Assembly: GCA_965213625.1 (NCBI GenBank)
Contig: CBDBZU010000004.1
Span: 3,456,001 to 3,520,000, forward strand
Direction: 5' to 3'
DNA: 64,000 bases
Source of the DNA: a bacterium
GTDB lineage: Bacteria > UBA8248
Position numbers and translations under genes: made by a program. Of this stretch, positions 37,833 to 47,795 are shown in pieces. The notes beneath the pieces were generated by a model, which made no database searches, was not told where the DNA came from, and saw only the letters and a list, made by a program, of their open reading frames with translations. Numbering within the stretch: position 1 is the first letter of the stretch; each line of letters opens with the position of its first letter.

Positions 37833-40800
37833 GTGTTGAGAAAGACTCCCGAAAAATCCAACCACACCGGGCGCCCGGGACATCAATCGAGTTTTGCGGC
37901 GAACATCCTGCTTGAGGCCAAACGAACCGGGCCGGCCAGGTTCCTGTTCGCGCTCCTGCGTCCGCGACATGCCAGGGCGATATCGGTGAGCGCCGAAGCG
38001 GTCCGGCTACAGTTCGGTTCGGGTTACACGGACATACCGTTGGGCGATGTGGAAACGGTTGATGCAGGGGGCGGCTCTCTCTATTCCAGTATCCGGATCC
38101 GTCATGCCGCGGGCGGCGCGCATGTTTCGGGCCTGCCCCGAATGGCTGGAAGCGCTCTGGCCGAAGCCATCGAAACAGCGAGATGCGAATGGTGGCGCGG
38201 TGCCCTCGCCTCACGGACAGATGCGCTCCGGTCGGCCCACGACCGCATCGCCGGGTTTGCGGATCCGCAGAAATACCTTACGGTCGACGCGCATCGAGAC
38301 CTGGAAATCGATGCCCGGGCAGTCACCGGCGGCTTCGCGGCGCGGTGGCCGGAAGCGCTGTCGGATGCCCCCGAGATACGGATGCTGCGGAACATTCTCG
38401 AGTATCTGGAAGCGTCTGGCGATGCCCGGTCGAAAGCCAACAAGGCGTTCGTCGTCAACGAACTGGTTCGCTCACGTGAGCTCTTCGACCGGATCGAGGC
38501 CCGACCGCTCACGGAAGAGCAGCGCAGGGCGGTCGTCATCGACGAGCAACGGAACCTCGTGGTGGCCGCGGCCGGAAGCGGCAAGACATCGGTAATCGTA
38601 GCCAAGACAGGCTGGCTCATCAGAAAAGGGTATCGCAAGCCCTCCGAACTGCTGTTGCTCGCCTTTGCGCGAGATGCCAGCAAGGAGATGGAGGAGCGGC
38701 TCGAAAAGCGTCTCGGCGCCAAAATAGCACGCGACGTTACGGTGCGCACTTTCCACAGCCTCGGCATGGCGATCATCGGCGAAGCCGAAGGGAAACGCCC
38801 GGCGCTCGCCGCGACGACGGAGAACGACCGAGCGCTGTTCGACCTGCTCAAGGGAATCGTGGCCGATCTGCTCACCGATCGGGAACTCTCGGCCACGCTG
38901 CATGAATGGTTCCAGGACCGGTTTGCGCCATACAAGAGCGAGCACGAGTTCAAAAACTGGGGCGAGTACCATGACTATATCCGCAAGTTCGACATACGCT
39001 CGCTGAAAGGCGAAACCGTCCGCAGTTTCGAAGAATGCGAGATCGCGAACTTTCTCTATCTCAACGGAGTCGCCTACGAGTACGAAGCCCCCTATGAGCA
39101 TGACCTGGCGACCTCGGAGAAGCGCCAGTACAAGCCCGACTTCCATCTTCCCGAACACGGCGTCTATATCGAGCACTTCGGGATCGACGCCGAAGGAAAC
39201 ACGGCGCCGTTCGTCGACCGGCAGTCGTACCGGCAGGAAATGGAATGGAAGCGCGGCGTCCATGCAGAACACGGGACCGTCCTGATCGAAACCTTCAGTC
39301 ACGAACAGGCTGGCGGCAGGCTGCTCCGGAACCTGACGGAAAAGCTTGCGGCCCACGGTGTGGGTCTTTCGCCGATTCCGCGCGAGGATGCGTTCGCTGC
39401 TCTCGAACAACAGGGGCGGATCGAACCGTTCACGCGTCTGGTGGCGACCTTCCTGCAGCACTTCAAGGGAAGCCGGCTGTCCTTCGCCGACGTCGTCGAA
39501 CGCGCCGGCGCTCACCGGGAACGGGCGCGGGCGCAAGCGTTTCTTGCGGTGTTCCGGCCGATTTTCGAGCGCTATCAGGACACGCTTGCGCGTTCAGGCG
39601 AGATCGATTTCCACGACATGATCAACCGTGCGACCGACCTCGTGGAGACCGGACAATACCGCAGCCCGTTCGGATACATCCTGGTCGACGAGTTCCAGGA
39701 TATTTCGCCGTCCCGGGCGAGGCTGCTCAAGGCGCTGCTCGACAGTTCAGCGAGGGCGCAATTGTTCGCGGTCGGCGACGACTGGCAGGCGATCTACAGG
39801 TTCGGCGGATCGGACATTGCGGTCATGCGGGAGTTCGGAGACCATTTCGGTGCGTTCGAGCGTATCGATCTCGCAACCACGTTCCGCTGCGCCGACCGCA
39901 TAGCCTCGCTCGCCACGGACTTCGTGCTGCGCAATCCGGCGCAAATCCGCAAGACGGTCCGCGCGACGCGCAAGGCGGACCGGCCCGCGGTATACGTCGG
40001 ACTCCCCGGTGAGCAGGAACTCTCGCTCCTGAAAGAGGCGCTCGACCGGATCGCGGAGGATGCCCGCCGTCACGAGGGAACCTCGGAGGTGCTGTTGCTG
40101 GGCCGCTACCGTCATCTGTGTCCTCGCAATCTGGGCGCGTTGCCGAAGCAGTATCCGGGCCTTCGCTTCAGTTGGAAGACCGTGCACCGCTCCAAGGGTC
40201 TCGAGGCGGACTATGCGGTGGTTCTCGGTGTGTGTTCAGGAAATTACGGGTTTCCGGCCGAGATAGCCGACGATCCGCTGCTCGATCTGGTGCTGGCGGC
40301 GCCCGAAGCACATTCGAACGCCGAGGAGCGACGCCTGCTCTATGTCGCCATCACCCGGGCGAGACGGCAGGTATACCTGCTTGCCAACGGCGGCCCGCCG
40401 TCCGAATTCGTGAACGAACTGATAGACGGAGGATACGACGTCGACGTCTTCGGCCGTCCGCCGGAAAGCGACGTATCCTGTCCGCAATGCGCCGGTGGAC
40501 GGCTGGAGCGCCGTGAAAACTCTCGCAGCGGAAGTGTTTTCTACGGCTGCTCGAACTTTCCGCTTTGCGAACACATAACGCGCGCCTGTCCTCGCTGCGG
40601 GTCAGGCCTTCCCGTCAGGTCCGGCGAGGCTTACCGCTGCCGCGACTGCGACGGGGCAATCGAGTCCTGTCCCGAATGCGGCGGGTGGCTCGACTCCAGA
40701 ATGGGGAAGTACGGCCGCTTCCTCGGCTGCTCGAACTTTCCAGATTGCGACTATACGAGAAACCTGCGGCAATCGAGAAATGGAACCGCTTCCGTACCGA

Positions 40801-40835
40801 ACGCATCAAGACCCGGAAAACGCAGACCACGCTGA
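37833..40835 (+). CDS. UvrD/helicase IV-like SF1 helicase with inserted nuclease-like domain and C-terminal topoisomerase-type Zn ribbons
   Basis: AAAGSGKT, DEFQD, VGDDWQAIY, HRSKGLEAD, YVAITRA; internal RS..E..IANFL...YKPDF...IEHFG; CP.C...FYGCSNFP.C repeats. Confidence 0.88.
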   Translation: MLRKTPEKSNHTGRPGHQSSFAANILLEAKRTGPARFLFALLRPRHARAISVSAEAVRLQFGSGYTDIPLGDVETVDAGGGSLYSSIRIRHAAGGAHVSGLPRMAGSALAEAIETARCEWWRGALASRTDALRSAHDRIAGFADPQKYLTVDAHRDLEIDARAVTGGFAARWPEALSDAPEIRMLRNILEYLEASGDARSKANKAFVVNELVRSRELFDRIEARPLTEEQRRAVVIDEQRNLVVAAAGSGKTSVIVAKTGWLIRKGYRKPSELLLLAFARDASKEMEERLEKRLGAKIARDVTVRTFHSLGMAIIGEAEGKRPALAATTENDRALFDLLKGIVADLLTDRELSATLHEWFQDRFAPYKSEHEFKNWGEYHDYIRKFDIRSLKGETVRSFEECEIANFLYLNGVAYEYEAPYEHDLATSEKRQYKPDFHLPEHGVYIEHFGIDAEGNTAPFVDRQSYRQEMEWKRGVHAEHGTVLIETFSHEQAGGRLLRNLTEKLAAHGVGLSPIPREDAFAALEQQGRIEPFTRLVATFLQHFKGSRLSFADVVERAGAHRERARAQAFLAVFRPIFERYQDTLARSGEIDFHDMINRATDLVETGQYRSPFGYILVDEFQDISPSRARLLKALLDSSARAQLFAVGDDWQAIYRFGGSDIAVMREFGDHFGAFERIDLATTFRCADRIASLATDFVLRNPAQIRKTVRATRKADRPAVYVGLPGEQELSLLKEALDRIAEDARRHEGTSEVLLLGRYRHLCPRNLGALPKQYPGLRFSWKTVHRSKGLEADYAVVLGVCSGNYGFPAEIADDPLLDLVLAAPEAHSNAEERRLLYVAITRARRQVYLLANGGPPSEFVNELIDGGYDVDVFGRPPESDVSCPQCAGGRLERRENSRSGSVFYGCSNFPLCEHITRACPRCGSGLPVRSGEAYRCRDCDGAIESCPECGGWLDSRMGKYGRFLGCSNFPDCDYTRNLRQSRNGTASVPNASRPGKRRPR

Positions 40836-41079
40836 CGACAATACAATGCATGACGACATTGCGGTCCGCAGGAACGGGGAAGCCGCTTGCTGGCTCCGGA
40901 TATGATCAACCGATATGGCCATATGGGCTTGTCCCATATGGGAGCGCAACCCTGGCGCCGTTTTTCGCTCACACCGATGGTTCCTGCGCCGTGATTCGAT
41001 CTGCCCGGTTGGTATACGCTTTACGCAGGCGGATTTGTTTGATAGAAATGCTCGGAGAATAGACCCTAAACTCCATGGT

Positions 41080-41706
41080 ATGGTATCAATGTTGAAATCA
41101 GGGACACAACGGGATCGAGCGACCGAAATCCTGCGCAGGGGGGGGATCGTGCGCCTGTTCGAGTTCAGGGATGCCGGGATCACGGCGGCCACGATAAGCC
41201 GCATGGTCGAGGATGGCGAGGTCGTAAAACTATCACGCGGGCTATATCAGATGCCCGATGCGCCCCTCGACGCCAATCACAGCCTGGCCGAGGCGGCGAA
41301 GCGGGTTCCCAGGGGCGTCGTCTGTCTCGTCTCGGCGCTTGCATACCACGAGTTGACCGATCAGATTTCACGCGGGGTCTGGATGGCGATCGGCGCCAAG
41401 GACTGGGCGCCGAAGACGGAAAACCCGCCGGTACGGATCGTGCGGTTCACGGAGCAATTTCTCATGGACGATGTCGTCACCGTGCATATCGAGAACGTGC
41501 CCGTGAAAATCTTCGGCGTCGCGAAGACGATCGCCGACTGCTACCGGCATCGCCGGACGGTGGGACAGTCGGTCGCACTGGAGGGTCTTCAGGAAGCGCT
41601 TCGACAGGGAAAAGCCACCCCGGCCGCAATCGCCCGGCATGCGGAACGTGGCGGCGTGGCCACAGTGCTCCGACCCCATCTTGAGGCGCTCACCGCAAAT
41701 GGCTAG
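41080..41706 (+). CDS. abiEi: Type IV TA antitoxin AbiEi
   Basis: wHTH ...LSRGLY, GVVCLVSALAYHELTDQI, KTIADCYR; coupled to the toxin gene. Confidence 0.88.
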   Translation: MVSMLKSGTQRDRATEILRRGGIVRLFEFRDAGITAATISRMVEDGEVVKLSRGLYQMPDAPLDANHSLAEAAKRVPRGVVCLVSALAYHELTDQISRGVWMAIGAKDWAPKTENPPVRIVRFTEQFLMDDVVTVHIENVPVKIFGVAKTIADCYRHRRTVGQSVALEGLQEALRQGKATPAAIARHAERGGVATVLRPHLEALTANG

Positions 41707-42580
41707 GGAGGTCAAAAACATCGCGGCCTCGGTTCGGGCCCGTCTCCTCAGGCTCAGCAAGGAGAAAGACCTGAACTTCGATCTGGTGCTGACGCACTAT
41801 GCGATCGAACGCTTGCTCTACCGCCTCGCGCAATCGCGCTACGCCGAGCGTTTTGTTCTGAAAGGGGCGATGTTGCTGATGACGTGGTTCGACGAGCCGC
41901 TTCGCGGTACGCGCGACCTCGATCTCCTGGGTCACGGCAACCCCGCACCTTATACCGTACTCGGAGTCTTCAGAGAAGTTCTCGGTCAGGAACAGCCCGA
42001 CGGCGTTCTCTTTGGCGCCAATGAGACGAGTATCGGCCGCATTCGACAAGAGAACGAGTACGGCGGTCTCCGCATACGGACGCCGGCCGAGGTCGGCGGC
42101 GCCCGCATCGTCGTCAACGTCGATGTCGGCTTCGGGGAAGCGACCGAACCTCCTGCCGAGTGGCTGGACTACCCCGTTCTGCTCGATATGCCGGCGCCGC
42201 GGCTGCTGGGTTACGCGAGAGAGACCGTGATTGCCGAGAAATTCCAGGCCATGGTGGCTCTGGGTCTGGCCAACAGCCGGATGAAGGACTACTACGACCT
42301 GTGGGTCATCAGCCGGACCTTTGACATTGATCGCTCGCGCCTCGCAGGGGCGATATCCGCGACTTTTGCCCGGCGGCGCACACCGATTCCGGATGCCGTT
42401 CCGGACGGGTTGTCACGCGCGTTCGCGGAAGACGTCGACAAGCGACGACAATGGGAGGTCTTCAAGCGTGATTTGGGGGTCGACCCCGGTCCGCTCGACA
42501 GTGTTGTGGAGACGCTTGAAGCCTTCCTGATGCCGGCTGCTGTGGCCGCTCGTGAATCGGCCGGACGGGATAGCATCTGA
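41699..42580 (+). CDS. abiEii: Type IV TA toxin AbiEii (nucleotidyltransferase)
   Basis: ERLLYRL, FVLKGA, R.TRDLD, AEKFQA, NSRMKDYYD. Confidence 0.92.
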   Translation: MAREVKNIAASVRARLLRLSKEKDLNFDLVLTHYAIERLLYRLAQSRYAERFVLKGAMLLMTWFDEPLRGTRDLDLLGHGNPAPYTVLGVFREVLGQEQPDGVLFGANETSIGRIRQENEYGGLRIRTPAEVGGARIVVNVDVGFGEATEPPAEWLDYPVLLDMPAPRLLGYARETVIAEKFQAMVALGLANSRMKDYYDLWVISRTFDIDRSRLAGAISATFARRRTPIPDAVPDGLSRAFAEDVDKRRQWEVFKRDLGVDPGPLDSVVETLEAFLMPAAVAARESAGRDSI

Positions 42581-42582
42581 AC

Positions 42583-42880
42583 GTGCAGACACGCCGACTC
42601 AAGTCTCTTGAGTGTCCGTAGCGTCGCCGAAGGTGATGTCTGTTTCAGGCCACACAGTCATGATTGGGGGAAACAGCATCGGCCAATCGACTTCATGCGA
42701 AGCCCTGGTTCTCTTGCTCGGTCCGAATCACCTGCCTCGAAACAGCCAGATAGACGAGCATGACTTCTTCGAGCGTCGCTGTCTCGACGGCGCGAAGCCC
42801 TCAGACTCATCGAGTTGGAAGTCGTGTTGACCGATCTTGCGGAGGATATTCTCACCAGGTTCCGGATTCACCCCGAATTG
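42583..42880 (+). pseudogene. Degenerate N-terminal fragment of an OLD-family (ABC-ATPase) nuclease
   Basis: SGHTVMIGGNSIGQST.CEAL.L.LGP......IDEHDF...IELEVVLTDL resembles the decayed Walker A region G.N..GKST of OLD/AAA_15 proteins. Confidence 0.55.
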
Positions 42881-42893
42881 AATTTACATTCTG

Positions 42894-44264
42894 CTAAATC
42901 CACAACAATCCGAATCCCTTGGAAGGCTCGCTCATGTCCCTGACCTGCGATCCGGAATCAGGCTTCTGGGAGTTCACCCCCAGCCAGTCGACGTCACACT
43001 CGTCTCCGGAGAACGAATGCGAACCGGACATGGGGACGGACTTTTCACCGCCACCCAGCCAATCGATATCTCCGCCATCCGGCAGAGTAGGCGCGCCGGC
43101 GCTAAACCCCATCGCACGTGCGATGACGGAGGCCGCCTGCGCGGCGGCGTCCCTGAGCGCCGCGTCGTCGAGATGGGCGTAGACGGCGGTGGTCTCGCGC
43201 CTTCGGTGTCCGAGCAGGCGGCCTACGGTGGTGAGTCCCACCCCGTTCATTACGCCCTGAGACGCCCAGGTGTGGCGCAGGTCGTGGATCCTGAGGCCGG
43301 GCAATCCCGCCTCCTCCCGGACTCCGCGCCAGAACGCATGGAGCTTGTCCGTAGTCAGCTCATCCGGAAACACCCGCACGGCGCCATCGGCCCTCGGTAA
43401 GCCCCCAAGCAGTTCCGCCGCCTCGGTTCCGAGCCACAGCGTCCGCGGGCCCGTCTTGGAATCCCCGAGACGCACACTCGCGCCGTCATTGGATAATTCC
43501 CCGATTTGCTCCCATTCGAGGTTGAGCGCTTCTGACAACCGCGCCCCGGTGAGCGTGAGGAGACGCAGGGCAGCTACCGCCCAGAGGTGATTCTCCCGGT
43601 GGCGTTCCAGCACGACGTTCAGGCGCTTCAGTTCCACGGCGCTGAGATACCGTGCGACGGGTCTTCTGGGGTTCTTGACGATGTTGGCGCAGGCGTCGGG
43701 GACGTCATCTGCGAGTTCGCCCCACCCCCGCGTAGTGCGCAGCATGGCGCGGAGTATCTCGAAAGCGCGGTTGGCGGCCCCCGGCCTGTCCGCGCTCACA
43801 GCGTCAAACCACCCCGAGACGCATGCATGGTCGATGGCGTCGAGCCTGAGCTTGCCGAAGTGGGGTATCAGGCGGCTATTCATGTAGACGTCGAAGGTTT
43901 CAAGCGAAGAGGGCTTCCAGCGGCTCTTTCTCCGCTCGCGGTAGCGCGCAGCGAAGTCTTTGAACAGCGGCGCACGTCTCCTGCAGGAAGACTCCACCGC
44001 CTCGCCTCCCCACAGGCGGGCGAGAAGGGCGGCGGCCTCCTTTCGGGCATTTCCGACGCCGATTTCCGGGTAGCGGCCCAGGGTGAACTTCCGCATCCGC
44101 CCCCGGACGCGGGTCTGGACGATGAAGGCCCTGACGCCCGATGGATGTATCCTGACCCCGAAATGCGCGAGCGTCCCGTCCCACAGCGTGTATTCCGACG
44201 CCCGGGGTTTTGCTTCGGCGATCATCTTGTGCGTGAGGCGTTTCTTGTCCCGTCTATGAGCCAT
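42894..44264 (-). CDS. Tyrosine integrase with arm-binding domain
   Basis: WD..L..FGVR, LTGARLSE, SKTG, HDLRH, LLGH, T..YAH. Confidence 0.92.
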   Translation of the reverse strand: MAHRRDKKRLTHKMIAEAKPRASEYTLWDGTLAHFGVRIHPSGVRAFIVQTRVRGRMRKFTLGRYPEIGVGNARKEAAALLARLWGGEAVESSCRRRAPLFKDFAARYRERRKSRWKPSSLETFDVYMNSRLIPHFGKLRLDAIDHACVSGWFDAVSADRPGAANRAFEILRAMLRTTRGWGELADDVPDACANIVKNPRRPVARYLSAVELKRLNVVLERHRENHLWAVAALRLLTLTGARLSEALNLEWEQIGELSNDGASVRLGDSKTGPRTLWLGTEAAELLGGLPRADGAVRVFPDELTTDKLHAFWRGVREEAGLPGLRIHDLRHTWASQGVMNGVGLTTVGRLLGHRRRETTAVYAHLDDAALRDAAAQAASVIARAMGFSAGAPTLPDGGDIDWLGGGEKSVPMSGSHSFSGDECDVDWLGVNSQKPDSGSQVRDMSEPSKGFGLLWI

Positions 44265-45387
44265 TCTCCGTCTCCTTTCTCTTTCCGGTCATCGCGTCGT
44301 GGACGACCCCCGAGATGCGCCCCGCCGCCTCATGAATATGGTCATCCGCGAGATGGGCGTAGCGCTCAGTGGAGCCGGTATCGGCGTGGCCGAGCAGGCG
44401 GCCTACGGTGTAGAGGTCGAGGCCGCTCATCACGGAATGGCTGGCGAACGTGTGGCGGCAGTCGTGGAGACGCACGTCATCGAGTCCTGCGAGTCCGCGC
44501 AGCTTACTCCAGCGCTCGCCCAAATCCCTCATCGGACCGTCGCCCTTCCTGTTCGGGAACACGAAATCGCCGCTTCTCGGGAGAGCGTTCAGCACCGCCC
44601 GTGCGGGCGGCGGCAACTGGATCGTCTTGGGACCCGTTTTGGAGTCGGGCAGGACCGCGCGGCTCCCGCGTATCCAGCGCCACTTGAGACCCGTGATCTC
44701 CGAAGTTCGCGCGCCGGTGAACAACAAGAGCCTGACCGCGGCAGCAGTCTGTTGGTCATCTGCGTGGTCGAGCACGAAGCCCAGGCGCTTGAGTTCCTCC
44801 ACTGACAGGAATCGCTCTCGGGGCTTCAGTCTGTAGCGGCGCATGCCGCTGCAGGGGTTCGACCCCTGGGGTCTGAGGTCGCGGTGCTCCGCTTCCCTCA
44901 TCATGACGGAGAGTACGGGCAGGGCCCGGTTGGCGTTGGCAGGCGTCGCGCTCATCGAATCGAACCAGCGCGTGACGTCGGCGCGCGTGATGTCCGCGAC
45001 GCGCATGGCGCCGAAAAACGGCAGGAGATAGCGGGTGAGCAGATGGCGGTTGCCCTTGCGTGTGGCGGGTTTCCAGCGGCCTCCCTGTCCTCGCATGAAT
45101 TCCCCGGCGAAGTCGGCGAACAGGGGGCCGCGCCCACTCTTTGCCTCATCAAGTGCACAGAGCGCCTTCCCGCGCGCCTCCGCCGCCGTCATCTCTCCTT
45201 CTTTACCGAGGGTGAGCCTCCCCCCGCCCGGTTTCAGGACGAAGAAGGTCTTCTTCCCGTTCCTTGCGACCTCGATTCCGAAGGCGGGCAGGTCGCGGTC
45301 GAGGATGGTGAGACCTCGTTTTCCTTTCAGGTGTTCCCTGAACGTGCGCTTCAGGGTTCGTTCGTTGATGGTAGAGTGGATGCGCAT
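44254..45387 (-). CDS. Tyrosine integrase, first gene of an overlapping tandem pair
   Basis: AAGGAG RBS before MRIHST; FTGAR..E, SKTG, HDCRH, LLGH, TERYAH. Confidence 0.9.
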   Translation of the reverse strand: MRIHSTINERTLKRTFREHLKGKRGLTILDRDLPAFGIEVARNGKKTFFVLKPGGGRLTLGKEGEMTAAEARGKALCALDEAKSGRGPLFADFAGEFMRGQGGRWKPATRKGNRHLLTRYLLPFFGAMRVADITRADVTRWFDSMSATPANANRALPVLSVMMREAEHRDLRPQGSNPCSGMRRYRLKPRERFLSVEELKRLGFVLDHADDQQTAAAVRLLLFTGARTSEITGLKWRWIRGSRAVLPDSKTGPKTIQLPPPARAVLNALPRSGDFVFPNRKGDGPMRDLGERWSKLRGLAGLDDVRLHDCRHTFASHSVMSGLDLYTVGRLLGHADTGSTERYAHLADDHIHEAAGRISGVVHDAMTGKRKETENGS

Positions 45388-45565
45388 GAGATGTTCTCCT
45401 TTCCGGTTACCTGAGATAGCCGTCCGTTCGGAGGGAACGGAAACGGCGGTTCCGGGAAGAGAACACGCCCGCGCGCAAGGCCGCAGATACAGGATGGTTC
45501 CGTCTAACCTGTTGTCTTGTAAGGGGATACGCTTCCTGGATAAGGCTCGGTCGGGACTCGCTCGG

Positions 45566-45615
45566 TGCAGCCTGCTGCGTGGGGTGTGTAACCCGAAGCG
45601 CCGAAGGGCGGCTAA
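45566..45615 (+). other. Candidate oriT 2 (nic after 45587)
   Basis: GCTGCGTGGGGTGTGTAACCCGAAGCGCCGAAGGGCGGCTAA is identical to the oriT 1 core. Confidence 0.75.
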
Positions 45616-45844
45616 CGGCGGATTCCTGGGAACGAACGACAGGGGAATTTTTGCCGTCGATAATGGCGAGCGGGAGCCGCCGCGGCGATTGAGCGGGAAG
45701 AGCAATGCGGGGAGATGTTCCTGAGGCAAGACCAGCGGAGTCTTCATCGTTGCCGGCGCAAGCGACGCGAGCGTTGGTCGACGAGACGCAACGGGCCGCG
45801 CCGCCACCGGGCGGGGTGGCGACGCGACCCGAGGAGTGTTGGCA

Positions 45845-46798
45845 TCAGGCGGCCACGCGTTGCACGGGAATACCGAGGGTTTTAGCTTTGTCGACGAGGT
45901 TGTCGGTGATGCCGCTGCCTGGGAACGCGATCACGCCCTTGGGCAGGAGGTTGAGGAGTTCGTCGTTCCTGCGGAAGGGAGCGGCCCGACCGTGCGCGTC
46001 CCAATCGGGCTTGCAGACGACCTGGTGGACGCCGTTCCGCTCGGCCCAGCCCGCTGCTATCTTCTCCGCACCGGGACCGCCGCCGTGGACGAGGACGACG
46101 TCGGCGTACTTGGCCTTGACCTTGTCGAGATGCGCGATGATTTTCCCCGCGTCGTTCGCCTCCTTGCCGCCCGCGACGGCGACGAGGGTTCCCTGGGGAA
46201 GATGCGCGGTGTTCGCGCGGTCCTTGCGCGCCCGCTGGAAGTCTCGCGCCTCGATCACGGCGGAGGTCAGCTTACCGCTCTGGCTGACGTGCGAGCCTCG
46301 CCTCGGCCGCCATACCTCGCCGGTCTCGATGCGGTAGGCCTCTGCGGCGGTGTCCCTGAGTCCCTCGAAGGCGTCCCTGCGCTCCGTGAGGTTGTTGGCC
46401 CGGTCGGTCATGAGTTCGAGTTCGCGGGAGCGGATCTCAGAGCCGTCCTGTTCGCGCTGGAGTTCACGGATACCGGGGATGAGTTTGTCGGCGGAGCGGT
46501 CGAGCCTCTGGGTCTGGGCGTCGAGGGTGTTGACGAAGCCCCACAGGAGACTCGCCCGCTCGTCGGCAAGCCGTGTTCCGTCGGGTGCTGCTTCCGCGAG
46601 TGCGCCGAAGGCCCTGATGACGGCGGCGGTGGCCTCGCCCTCGTCCCACACGGGGCGGTTGTCGAACTCATCCGGCCCTGGAGTCGCGCCGAACAGGGCG
46701 GCCTGCTCGCAGACCATGGCGGTGAAAGATTCGTTCTGCGCTTCGTGTTCCGTGTGCTCGTTCATGTTCATCTCCTTGTGGTCGTGTGTAGCGGTCAT
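45845..46798 (-). CDS. DUF2493 SLOG protein, copy 2
   Basis: Near-identical to 25519-26472. Confidence 0.85.
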   Translation of the reverse strand: MTATHDHKEMNMNEHTEHEAQNESFTAMVCEQAALFGATPGPDEFDNRPVWDEGEATAAVIRAFGALAEAAPDGTRLADERASLLWGFVNTLDAQTQRLDRSADKLIPGIRELQREQDGSEIRSRELELMTDRANNLTERRDAFEGLRDTAAEAYRIETGEVWRPRRGSHVSQSGKLTSAVIEARDFQRARKDRANTAHLPQGTLVAVAGGKEANDAGKIIAHLDKVKAKYADVVLVHGGGPGAEKIAAGWAERNGVHQVVCKPDWDAHGRAAPFRRNDELLNLLPKGVIAFPGSGITDNLVDKAKTLGIPVQRVAA

Positions 46799-46819
46799 CG
46801 TTCACTCCTTTGGTAGTCC

Positions 46820-47191
46820 TCAAGCGAGGGGATGGTTGAATTCAGGAAGAGCGTAGCCACGCTCGTTGCGCCCCACTTCCCTGGGCATCTCGTCGAGATA
46901 CCCGGCTGCCCACTCGGCGGCGCGCGCGAGTACGTCGCCGTGGCACGGGAGGGGCCGGCAGTGGCAGCCGAGCTCGCAGCCTTGGAGGTCGGCGAGTTCG
47001 TGGAGGTCCAGTTCCTGGCGCTGGATTTTTCTCCACAGCCATTGGCGGTATTTCTCGATGACGGCGTCGCGGTCGCCGTCGGCGCCGAGCCGGAAGGGAT
47101 TCCCCCACTTCGTCATGCGGTCGATCCTCACCAGCAATCCACTGCCGTTTTCTGCAACGTAGTCGTTCAGGTTCACCACGGTGGTTTCCAT
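46820..47191 (-). CDS. DUF4326 protein, copy 2
   Basis: Near-identical to 26494-26865. Confidence 0.88.
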   Translation of the reverse strand: METTVVNLNDYVAENGSGLLVRIDRMTKWGNPFRLGADGDRDAVIEKYRQWLWRKIQRQELDLHELADLQGCELGCHCRPLPCHGDVLARAAEWAAGYLDEMPREVGRNERGYALPEFNHPLA

Positions 47192-47227
47192 GCCTTTCTC
47201 CTTTTCAGAGAGTTAACGGATATGCTT

Positions 47228-47678
47228 CTTAGCGTCCCATTTTCAGCACGTAAGGGCGCCGGTCGGTGTATCCGGCGCCCGTAGGCGGGCGAATCAAGGG
47301 CTCGTCATTTTCCGGGGGGTTCCCGAAAAACACGCCTCATCGTTTTTTGGGGGGCACCGGCAAATGATGGTCGCCTGCGGCCACCCTTTATTCGCCCGGC
47401 GTTCGTGCTAAAATGAGGACGCTAAGAGAGAGACACTAGTACCGTCACCGGGACACAAGAGTTTCTGGTGTTTCACGATGAAGGCGAAGCTCATCGGGAA
47501 ACAATCTCTCATGCTGCGGAAAGGGTCATTTCGGGCCGTTATTCGGCCCGGAATTCCCGCAGCGGGGGGTGGACCGAGCCACTGTCTTGAGCATGGAATG
47601 ATCGCAGGCGCAAGCCGATCTTCCGTGAACATGGTTTATCGTTCACGGAACCGGAGGCTATCGAGGTGTTCCCGGTAG
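47228..47678. promoter_or_regulatory. Structured non-coding element, copy 2
   Basis: Same nested stems as 26901-27350. Confidence 0.7.
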
Positions 47679-47795
47679 ACGAGAGAAGCCTACAGGGAGG
47701 GAAAGGCGCGGGCGCTTCGGCGGTGGACTTCCTCCGGACAACGGGCATAAGAAAAGGGGTCGACGCGCGTGATGGCGCCGACCCCTTGTGAGCAC

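Noticed and set aside
45388-45807. N-terminal extension of the 517-aa integrase ORF
   Set aside because: It runs through the oriT region; the RBS supports a start at 45387.
47478-47678. Short ORF MKAKLIGK... seen in all three structured elements
   Set aside because: No RBS, reading frame broken in copy 1, and substitutions follow base pairing rather than codons.
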